From NCBI GenBank assembly GCA_048941015.1, contig JBHLNZ010000038.1, positions 1-30,528 of the forward strand: a stretch of DNA of 30,528 nucleotides, written 5' to 3'. This DNA is from Promethearchaeota archaeon. Its GTDB lineage: Archaea; Asgardarchaeota; Lokiarchaeia; Sigyniarchaeales; SOKP01. The translations under genes and the position numbers were made by a program. The notes below the pieces were generated by a model. The model made no database searches. It saw only the letters and a list, made by a program, of their open reading frames with translations, and had not been told where the DNA came from. Positions 19,319 to 27,016 of the stretch are shown piece by piece (position 1 is the first letter of the stretch; every line of letters starts with the position of its first letter).

Positions 19319-20902
19319 ATGACTGCGAATAAGGAAAACATTTTAAAATCACGAATGTATGCGCGTCAGCAATTAATTGATGGATGGGATCAAGAAATTC
19401 TAAGTAAAGCTTGTATCATGATTGTTGGTATCGGTGCTCTAGGCTGTGAGATTGCCAAGGATTTCGCACTAATGGGCATAAAAAAATTAATTTTAGTCGA
19501 TCTCGATACAATTGAAACTTCTAATTTATCCAGACAAATGTTATTTCGACCTGGTGATGAAGGTCGACCTAAAGCTGAGGTAGCAGCAGAAAGGTTGAAA
19601 GAAATGAATCCCTATTTAGAAATTAATTGGTATTTCGAAAAACTACAAAAATTACCAATGTCAGTTTTTGAAGAATCAGAGGTTATTATTGCTGCTTTAG
19701 ACAATTTTAATGCGAGATTAGATTTAAATAAAATATGTTTACGATTGAAGAAACCAATGGTAGAAGGTGGTACGGTAGGTTTTGAAGGTCATGTACAAAT
19801 AATAATTCCTGAGGGTTCTAATCTTGAATATAAAGATCGTGAGTTAGAAATTGAAAAACTAGTTGAAAGTAAATTATGGGAACTCGAAGAATCTGAAGCA
19901 CCTGCTTACTTTGAAGCCCAAAAGAAGATTGAAGAATTAGAAGAGCAAATAGAAAAAATTAAGGAAGAACAAATAAATCCAATTAAAGATCTTCTTCGAA
20001 AAAGAATTGAAGAGGAATTTGACCAAAAATATGCCTCAAAAGTTTTGGATTTAACTCCTTGTTATAGATGTCTAGTACCTATTCCTCCTGCTGATGATAA
20101 ATTAGTAGCAGCATGTACATTGAAAGGATTACCAAGAAATAGAAATCATTGTGTGATAAAAGCGGAAGTGAATTTTGAAAAAGAATATGGTTTTAAGCCA
20201 GATATGAATGTAGATGAAGATGTATTAAAATTAATGGCACTTGCTCAAAAAGAATTAGAAAAATTACGTCAGCGCGTTTTTAATGAGAATGTGCCTCAAG
20301 AGAAACTAGAAACTTTAACTTCTGAAGAAATTCAACAATGGAAAGATAATATTAAGGAAACATTTGGGCCAGATTACAAATTTGAAGAAATGGAAAATAT
20401 TCTGGGCAATAAAATTGCTGCAGTTCAGTCTGTGAGTTCAATTATTTCAAGTATACAATCTCAAGAAGCATTAAAAATTTTATTTCGATTGCACGGGAGA
20501 AATATTGGACCACCTATGGATCCTCCTTATGTTAATTATAATGGAGTATACGGGCGATTCGATCACTTAGAAATAATTAAAAGAGAGGATTGTCTTGCGT
20601 GTGGTAATATTGAGGGAGAAGAAAATGTTCAGATTGTTGTTCCTTTTGATGCTGATGTTGGATATATCTTTAAGGCGATGAGAATAATTAATATCAATCT
20701 TGAACCTATGGAATGGTTAATGACTAATCCTGTTACAAAAGAAATATATTGGAATCCTTATATTGAATCAATGAGAGATCCAAATATTAAATTAAATAGC
20801 CTTCAAGTAAAAAATAATGATATAGTCTCTCTTACACCTTTAGGCCAAGCTAAAGTAGAATCAGAGATCAAAAAGTATAATGTAGTTATTACATTCATGT
20901 GA
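19319..20902 (+). CDS. Ubiquitin/UBL-activating enzyme E1 (ThiF family), UBA3/UBA2-like, with catalytic Cys266 and probable C-terminal ubiquitin-fold domain
   Basis: YARQ, GIGALGCE, DLDTIETSNLSRQ, PKAE, ALDNFNAR, Zn pairs CYRC and CLAC, catalytic motif ACTLKGLPRNRNHC (compare UBA3 MCTIASMPRLPEHC), and a ~95-aa alpha/beta C-terminal domain. Confidence 0.88.
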   Translation: MTANKENILKSRMYARQQLIDGWDQEILSKACIMIVGIGALGCEIAKDFALMGIKKLILVDLDTIETSNLSRQMLFRPGDEGRPKAEVAAERLKEMNPYLEINWYFEKLQKLPMSVFEESEVIIAALDNFNARLDLNKICLRLKKPMVEGGTVGFEGHVQIIIPEGSNLEYKDRELEIEKLVESKLWELEESEAPAYFEAQKKIEELEEQIEKIKEEQINPIKDLLRKRIEEEFDQKYASKVLDLTPCYRCLVPIPPADDKLVAACTLKGLPRNRNHCVIKAEVNFEKEYGFKPDMNVDEDVLKLMALAQKELEKLRQRVFNENVPQEKLETLTSEEIQQWKDNIKETFGPDYKFEEMENILGNKIAAVQSVSSIISSIQSQEALKILFRLHGRNIGPPMDPPYVNYNGVYGRFDHLEIIKREDCLACGNIEGEENVQIVVPFDADVGYIFKAMRIININLEPMEWLMTNPVTKEIYWNPYIESMRDPNIKLNSLQVKNNDIVSLTPLGQAKVESEIKKYNVVITFM

Positions 20903-20964
20903 GAGAGTTCTATATTTTCCTTTTTCATTGAATTTTCTTTTAAATTACAAATAAAATTGAAATA

Positions 20965-21570
20965 TTATCTCTTAACTTGGTTCACTAACTTAATGAGTTC
21001 ATCAATATAATATGTATCTATCCCAGCATTTTTACCAGCTAAAATATCTTTATCCAAATCGCCTATAAAGATCATTTCATTTTTTTCAACGTTAAAATAA
21101 TCCTTAATTTTTAACAAACCTTCTGGATCTGGTTTCCACTTTCTAACATCTTCTCTTCCTAAAAAATAATCAATTTTATCAAAAATATTCGCTAGTTTTA
21201 AAGATTCGATAATAGTTCTTCTGGTATTTAATGACAATACAGCAAGTTTAGAATCCTTTTTTACTTTAAATAAACTTAGATTGTTAATAAAAAAAATAGT
21301 CTCTTCAATCGGATCATTTTCTCTTATATTTTCTAATTCATATTTTCTGATAATATCAAAGTTCTTCTGCAATTCCTCTTCATCACCTCTCTCAACAATA
21401 TAACTTAAGCAACTAGAAATACTTTTAAATCGACAATACTCCTTATAATGTTCGCGATATCTTTTAGCTAAGACCTCTTTTAAACTATGCCAATCAGCAG
21501 CTAATTTCACAATTGTACCATCTAAATCAAACACAATTACTTTTTTGTTTTTAAATGAAATCATGAACAA
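20965..21570 (-). CDS. HAD-superfamily hydrolase (phosphoglycolate phosphatase-like)
   Basis: Motif I FDLDGT, motif II LSLN, motif III KPDP, motif IV IGDLDKD, GKNAG. Confidence 0.9.
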   Translation of the reverse strand: MFMISFKNKKVIVFDLDGTIVKLAADWHSLKEVLAKRYREHYKEYCRFKSISSCLSYIVERGDEEELQKNFDIIRKYELENIRENDPIEETIFFINNLSLFKVKKDSKLAVLSLNTRRTIIESLKLANIFDKIDYFLGREDVRKWKPDPEGLLKIKDYFNVEKNEMIFIGDLDKDILAGKNAGIDTYYIDELIKLVNQVKR

Positions 21571-21749
21571 TAATTTTGTTTCTAAAATATCTTTCTGATG
21601 TAATTGAAAATTGATTCTTAATATTAAGCTTTTATGATAATTTTTATTAATTCAAAAAACAAGTACATAGATTCTAATTTGTATAATAGCAATTTAAGGG
21701 CTTAATGGTTTCAAAAAAATAAGAGATAAATTATATTAAAAGATAATTA

Positions 21750-21765
21750 GAAAAGTTTAATATAA
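21750..21765 (+). promoter_or_regulatory. Archaeal BRE/TATA-like promoter (GAAAAG-TTTAATATAA)
   Basis: Purine-rich BRE directly followed by a TATA-like box ~25 nt upstream of the 5' end of the hairpin element. AT-rich background lowers specificity. Confidence 0.45.
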
Positions 21766-21803
21766 GTAGAAGTAAATATGTTAATAGAAGGAGTATGAAA
21801 TAG

Positions 21804-21884
21804 GTGAAAAAATTATTAACTACTAGTACGGAGGTTCTGGTAGCATTTTTACAGGTATTTCATATCTCCCCACCATCTAAGTAA
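21804..21884 (+). CDS. Possible 26-aa small peptide MKKLLTTSTEVLVAFLQVFHISPPSK
   Basis: GTG start 10 nt after AGGAG (21789-21793), TAA stop at 21882-21884; too short for the ORF track. Translation is unproven. Confidence 0.3.
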   Translation: MKKLLTTSTEVLVAFLQVFHISPPSK

Positions 21885-21887
21885 AAC

Positions 21888-21896
21888 TTTTTATTT
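21888..21896 (+). terminator. Oligo-T tract (TTTTTATTT), candidate archaeal intrinsic terminator
   Basis: Lies just 3' of the hairpin and small ORF. Confidence 0.35.
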
Positions 21897-22071
21897 ATAA
21901 ACTTGATGTTTATTTAAGTATTACAAATATTTATTTACGGATTTAATTTCATAATGTTTCATCACTTATCAATAGGAAGAGATAATTCTTTAATATAAAT
22001 TTAAACCGAAAATTAATATATTTAATCTGCTAGATATCTATGTAAATAATTTAAGAGAAGGTGAAATTTGC

Positions 22072-23016
22072 TTGGAATTTTTAACGAAAGAACCTATTGA
22101 GATGCATAAGATTTTATTTACCGGACTTGATACTGCAGGAAAATCGAGCATTATATATTCTCTTAAAAGAGAATTTTCACAAATTATTAATATTGAACCT
22201 ACAAAGGGAATCTCAAGAAGAGTTTTTCAATTCTTCGATAAAGATATAAGCGAATGGGATTTAGGAGGACAGGAAAAATATCGTATCTCTTACATTAAAA
22301 ACCCAAGCCTCTATTTTGATGGAACAGAAGTTGCTATATATGTGATTGATATCCTTAATAATTCAAGAATACCTGAATCCTTAAGCTATTTTAGAGATGT
22401 AGTCTATCAATTTGAAAGGTTAAAGATAAAGCCACCTATTAATATTCTCTTTCATAAGTGCGATCCTGAATTAATTAAAAATACCCCAACTAAAATTGAG
22501 AGATTAATAGCTAATCTTACTGAACAATTGCTAGATATAGCTAAAAGTAATAAATTATACTTTTTCCGAACATCGATCTACGATCTATATTCTATTATGA
22601 GTGCAGTTTCAGAAATTCTATTACAAATTTACCCTAAAGCGCAACTAATTCAAAAAGCAATTGAAGAATTTGGCAAAAAGTTAAATTGTGATGGATTAAT
22701 GATTGTTGATGATAATTCAATTATTGTGGGTTCATATTTTTCAAATTCTTCATCTAAAGCTCTACTTCAGGAAAGTATTCAATACTTTTTGACTTTAAAT
22801 GATTGTTTTCTTAATCTAGGAGAAATTGATGATGATGATCAGATTCTTGTTCAAAAATTAGGACATTATTTTCTGTTTAAAACAATTATTTTGAAAGAAT
22901 TTGGTTGTGCTTATCATCTCTCAATATTAAAAGCTCAAAATCCTTATGATTTATATTTTATTAAGAGAGAATTACAGTTTTTTATAGAACGGTTGTTAGA
23001 TATAATCAATAAATGA
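22072..23016 (+). CDS. Rag/Arf-related small GTPase with C-terminal roadblock-like domain
   Basis: G1 GLDTAGKS, G2 EPT, G3 WDLGGQ, G4 HKCD (HKxD as in Rag/Gtr), G5 TSIYD; C-terminal helix plus GLMIVDDNSIIVGS hairpin; AGGTGA RBS 7 nt before TTG. Confidence 0.87.
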   Translation: MEFLTKEPIEMHKILFTGLDTAGKSSIIYSLKREFSQIINIEPTKGISRRVFQFFDKDISEWDLGGQEKYRISYIKNPSLYFDGTEVAIYVIDILNNSRIPESLSYFRDVVYQFERLKIKPPINILFHKCDPELIKNTPTKIERLIANLTEQLLDIAKSNKLYFFRTSIYDLYSIMSAVSEILLQIYPKAQLIQKAIEEFGKKLNCDGLMIVDDNSIIVGSYFSNSSSKALLQESIQYFLTLNDCFLNLGEIDDDDQILVQKLGHYFLFKTIILKEFGCAYHLSILKAQNPYDLYFIKRELQFFIERLLDIINK

Positions 23017-23057
23017 TTAATTAATGTCATAAAAAATGGTTTTCTGGTTTTTTTGTT

Positions 23058-23387
23058 ATGGAGGCTCGAAACGTTCTTAAAAAATTAGTTCATTTTGCGG
23101 AACATGAATATAAGGATAAACGCCCGAAATCAGTAAAAATATATCGAGTGAAAAGCAAAAATATATTGACCAGGGGCATGTTACCAAATCTTCAGCTTAA
23201 AGAACAAGGGCCTGTTTCGTTTTTAATTTTAGCTGATTACCAAGATACTTTAAGAATTTATAGTTTTTCTCGGCAAGGAACATTATTATCTGGAGTTAAT
23301 ATCCCTCCCGACCCTAAGACCATACAAAAGATGAAAAAGTTGATTAAATTAGAATTTCAATATCCAAGAAAAGAAATCACTAATTAA
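23058..23387 (+). CDS. Hypothetical basic protein, 109 aa
   Basis: ATG-started ORF filling the gap between co-oriented genes, with plausible alpha/beta composition and no recognised motif. Confidence 0.6.
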   Translation: MEARNVLKKLVHFAEHEYKDKRPKSVKIYRVKSKNILTRGMLPNLQLKEQGPVSFLILADYQDTLRIYSFSRQGTLLSGVNIPPDPKTIQKMKKLIKLEFQYPRKEITN

Positions 23388-23444
23388 TTATAATATCTTA
23401 GAAAGATTACTTATTTTAATAGAAAAGTAATTGTTCGATAGATT

Positions 23445-23912
23445 ATGGAAGAATTGAAGATTCTTGATTTAAAAATTGCTATGCTAAGCTATGTATATAG
23501 AGATATTGAAAAACAAGCAAGATTGATGGAACAAATTTATAATTTCCCTAAATTCTCATTTGTTTCTTATCCTCATACAAATTTTATTTACCGTGGAAAA
23601 AAAGTAAATGTATCATTAAAAACTGGGCGCTCTAGAGCCTTTAATAATTATGGAATCGAATTAATCCAATTAATTAAAGGAGAGGAAAATCTTTATAAAG
23701 AATTCTTGGATCAGGGAAGAGAGGGATTACATCACTATGATATTTTAGTAAATGATATAGAAAAGTATATTCAATATTTTAAAAAACAAGGTATTGAAGT
23801 TATACAAGAAGGAAAGAGTCTTCTAAAATGGGCATACTTGGATACGGAAGCAACTTTTGGAACAATAATAGAGCTTGTAGAGATTGGTAAAGGTAAAACA
23901 ATTAAAAGATAG
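23445..23912 (+). CDS. VOC/glyoxalase family protein (methylmalonyl-CoA epimerase-like)
   Basis: VYRDIEK, IELIQ, YKEFLDQGREGLHH, AYLDT, IIELVE. Confidence 0.85.
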   Translation: MEELKILDLKIAMLSYVYRDIEKQARLMEQIYNFPKFSFVSYPHTNFIYRGKKVNVSLKTGRSRAFNNYGIELIQLIKGEENLYKEFLDQGREGLHHYDILVNDIEKYIQYFKKQGIEVIQEGKSLLKWAYLDTEATFGTIIELVEIGKGKTIKR

Positions 23913-25310
23913 TTAATTTTTTGATTTTTTTATGGTTTTAAAATCGTACATCATTTTAAATGCCTTGATTGCATGATCTGTATTCGTCATTACAGGAACA
24001 TTATATCTTGATGAATTATTTAGTAAATAATCTAATATCCAGCGTGATCCAAATACACAAACTATTACAGGTTTATTAAGTTGACTTGCAAGTTTGTTTA
24101 TAACTCGAAATTGAGGTGTTAATGGAAGAGAAAATTCCTCTACAGGTTTTCTTGGAACTGCGAAGATGTATAAAACTGCATCAACATTCTCATCATTCAT
24201 TAATGCAGTAATTACTGATTTAAATGTAGTAAATAGAGAAGGACCTAGATCAACTGGATTTCTTACAGAAGTCCAATTAGGTGAGTATTGCTTCATTTCT
24301 TCTATAGTTGATTGTTTTAACAGAGCTAATCTCAAGCCAGAATTTTCAATTTGGTCACAAGCTAACGCCCCTAAACTTCCAGAAGCAGTTATAATTGCTA
24401 TATTAATCCCCTTGGGCAATGGTTGAGTTGTAAATACTTTTGCTACATCAAACATCTCATAAAAATTATTTACCCGAAACACACCAGGAATTTGCTTAAA
24501 AATAGCTTCGTAGACTTTATCATTTCCTGCTATTGATCCTGTATGACTTTTTATGGCATCTGAACCTGCTTGACTTCTTCCATTTTTTAAGATAATTACT
24601 GGTTTGCTAAGTTTTTTCAGAGTTTCTAGTAGCTTTTTTCCTCTCTTAACGCCTTCGAGGTAAAGAGTGATTACTTTTGTATTGGGATCATTTTCTAAAT
24701 ACTCTAACATATCAATTTCATCCACGTCTACTTTATTACCTAGTGTAATTGATTTAGAAAATGCGATTTTCTGACTAGAGGCCCAATCAACAACCACATT
24801 TCCTAATACGCCGGATTGTGCAATAATAGATATCATTCCAGCATCCATCATTTTATCAAAATCAACTTCAGTGGTCGTAAATTTATTATTGAAATTAGTA
24901 ATTCCAACGCAATTTGGACCTATAATCCTAATATTAGTAGCTTTTGCAATATTTTCAATTTCTTGTTGAATCTTACCATATTTTTCTATTCCTGTCTCTG
25001 CAAAACCTGCAGTTTCAATGATTATTCCTTTCACATGCTTAGCTACACAATCCTTCACAGCCTCAAGAACATTATCATTCGGTACAATGATAATCGCAAG
25101 CTCGATTTCGTCCGGGATATCAGTGATTCTATTATAAGCTTTATATCCGAAAATTTGTTTTTTCTTAATATTAACAGGATAAGTTTTAAAATGTGAATTT
25201 AAAAGATAATTAGTCATAGCATACCCAAATTTTAAGGATTCTGACGCTCCTATTATTGCTATTGTTTTAGGATTAAAAAAAAATTCTAAATCTTTTGAAG
25301 TAGCAGACAT
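23913..25310 (-). CDS. acdA: ADP-forming acyl-CoA synthetase alpha subunit (CoA-binding plus ligase domains)
   Basis: FFNPKTIAIIGAS, GFAETG, IIGPNCVG, AQSG, GNKVDVDE, YLEG, phospho-His SHTGSIAG, NPVDL; no ATP-grasp beta domain. Confidence 0.88.
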   Translation of the reverse strand: MSATSKDLEFFFNPKTIAIIGASESLKFGYAMTNYLLNSHFKTYPVNIKKKQIFGYKAYNRITDIPDEIELAIIIVPNDNVLEAVKDCVAKHVKGIIIETAGFAETGIEKYGKIQQEIENIAKATNIRIIGPNCVGITNFNNKFTTTEVDFDKMMDAGMISIIAQSGVLGNVVVDWASSQKIAFSKSITLGNKVDVDEIDMLEYLENDPNTKVITLYLEGVKRGKKLLETLKKLSKPVIILKNGRSQAGSDAIKSHTGSIAGNDKVYEAIFKQIPGVFRVNNFYEMFDVAKVFTTQPLPKGINIAIITASGSLGALACDQIENSGLRLALLKQSTIEEMKQYSPNWTSVRNPVDLGPSLFTTFKSVITALMNDENVDAVLYIFAVPRKPVEEFSLPLTPQFRVINKLASQLNKPVIVCVFGSRWILDYLLNNSSRYNVPVMTNTDHAIKAFKMMYDFKTIKKSKN

Positions 25311-25460
25311 ATTTATGACATAGCGATTTTTAAAATCTTAAATAATATCATTAAAAATCAAAATTAAAATTTAATAAAATAAAAGGACTTCTTAGAAAAA
25401 CATTCATATTATGTTAATAATTTTCCAATTTAATACTCATTATATTTATATGTTTGAAAA

Positions 25461-26960
25461 TTGACAGAATACAAAGAAAATCCTTTAAAGAAACATTTTC
25501 TATATCCTATTCTTAATCCAAAAAGTATTTGCGTATTTGGAGCTAATAATGAATTTCTTTCTACAATGGGAGCAATGCAGCTTAGGAACGTTATTTTTGG
25601 CGGATTTCCAAAAAATAAAATTTTTCCTATACATCCACGCCTCAATGAAATTCAAGGCTTAAAAGCTTATGAGAATGTTTTAGAATTACCAGAGATCCCT
25701 GAATTAGCTTTTATTATATTACGTCCAAAAATAGTCCCTCAAGTTTTAGAAGAATGTGGACAAAAGGGCATAAAGCATGTTATAATAACTTCAGGTGGAT
25801 TTAGGGAAGTAGGGAATATCGATTTGAACAAAAAAGTAGTTCAGATTGCTAATAACTATGATATTAGATTTATTGGCCCTAATTGTCTCGGTATATATAA
25901 TGCATGGTATAGATATCCTGAATTTAATGAAATTTGCTTAAATACCATGTGGATTTATGCTACACCTGAAAGAGGGAATATTTCAATAATAGCTCAGTCA
26001 GGAACAGTTGCTTCACACATTTTTTGGATATGTAGAGAAATAGGTGTTAAAATCGGGAAATCAATTTCAAGTGGAAATGGGGATAATATCGATACCATCG
26101 ATTTTTTAGAATTTTTTAGAGATGATCCACAAACTAAAGTAATCGGAATATATGTTGAAGAAATAAAGAGAGGTAAACAATTTGTCGAGCTAGCAAAACA
26201 AATCGTTCCAGAAAAACCAATTATTACAATTTATGCAGGAGGGACTGAAGCAGCATCTAGATCAATAATGGGGCATACTGGTGCAATTGCTGGAGATGAT
26301 CAAATTTTTGAATCCGTTTTTAGAAATACTGGAATTATTTCAACTATTTCTATTAAAGATTGGATGTATTATTTAAGAACATTCTCAAGTGAAATTTTTC
26401 CTAATGGAAACAGATTGGGGATTATTACTAACTCTGGAGGATGTGGGGCGATGATGGCTAAAGCTGCTGAGAAACTTGGTTTAATAATACCCGAATTTTC
26501 AGATGAGTTAAAATCCAAATTAAAGAAATATGTACCTGATGTCGCTAATATAGATAATCCACTTGATCTTACATTCCAATTTAATCAATATAATTTATAT
26601 ATTAAAATACCAAAACTAATTATCAATTCTGGTGAAGTAGATGGGATTATTATATATGCAATATTCGGTTTTGAAGAAGTTTTAGAGATCATTAAAAAGT
26701 CAGGTGGAAAGACATATGAAGAATTTGATATTTCCAATAATATGATGAAAAATATCTACTTGAAACCAACTCAACGACTAAGTAAGAAAAAAAGTATCCC
26801 GATTTTCTATATAGGTCCTCAAGGTTATCAAAATCCATGGGTAAGGGAATTTATCAAATCGGATATACCAGTATTCGATCTATGGGATATGCCAGTAAAA
26901 TGTTTTGTAGCCTTAAGCAAATATTCAGAACATCGTAAAAAATTACTTAAAATTTTGTGA
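25461..26960 (+). CDS. acdA: ADP-forming acyl-CoA synthetase alpha subunit paralog
   Basis: LNPKSICVFGA, SGGFRE, IGPNCLG, AQSG, phospho-His GHTGAIAG, ITNSGGCG, NPLDL; TTG start. Confidence 0.87.
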   Translation: MTEYKENPLKKHFLYPILNPKSICVFGANNEFLSTMGAMQLRNVIFGGFPKNKIFPIHPRLNEIQGLKAYENVLELPEIPELAFIILRPKIVPQVLEECGQKGIKHVIITSGGFREVGNIDLNKKVVQIANNYDIRFIGPNCLGIYNAWYRYPEFNEICLNTMWIYATPERGNISIIAQSGTVASHIFWICREIGVKIGKSISSGNGDNIDTIDFLEFFRDDPQTKVIGIYVEEIKRGKQFVELAKQIVPEKPIITIYAGGTEAASRSIMGHTGAIAGDDQIFESVFRNTGIISTISIKDWMYYLRTFSSEIFPNGNRLGIITNSGGCGAMMAKAAEKLGLIIPEFSDELKSKLKKYVPDVANIDNPLDLTFQFNQYNLYIKIPKLIINSGEVDGIIIYAIFGFEEVLEIIKKSGGKTYEEFDISNNMMKNIYLKPTQRLSKKKSIPIFYIGPQGYQNPWVREFIKSDIPVFDLWDMPVKCFVALSKYSEHRKKLLKIL

Positions 26961-27016
26961 CTCTAAAATTTATGAGAGATTTAACCTATCAAAAATTAAA
27001 TGTATCTAAAAGATTA

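Larger units (their letters stand above)
21785..21896 (+). ncRNA. Putative structured small RNA (rod-like hairpin), or structured mRNA of a small peptide
   Basis: Nested pairings: 21790-21802 GGAG-TATGAAATA with 21856-21869 TATTTCATA-T-CTCC; 21804-21810 with 21846-21852; 21820-21826 CTACTAG with 21837-21843 CTGGTAG; capped by AC-GGAG-GT. Both G-U pairs work only on the + strand. Confidence 0.55.

Noticed and set aside
19817-20053. Intein in the E1
   Set aside because: No C-terminal His-Asn, no splicing blocks, and helical rather than HINT beta composition.
21790-21869. Hairpin considered as a SECIS element, SRP RNA or tRNA
   Set aside because: The AUGA is Watson-Crick paired rather than in a GA quartet, no adjacent in-frame-TGA selenoprotein was seen, and there is no SRP helix-8 motif or cloverleaf.
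4514-23913. Abutting or overlapping convergent gene ends (4514-4521, 17683/17685, 23912/23913)
   Set aside because: Common in compact archaeal genomes; not evidence of a system.
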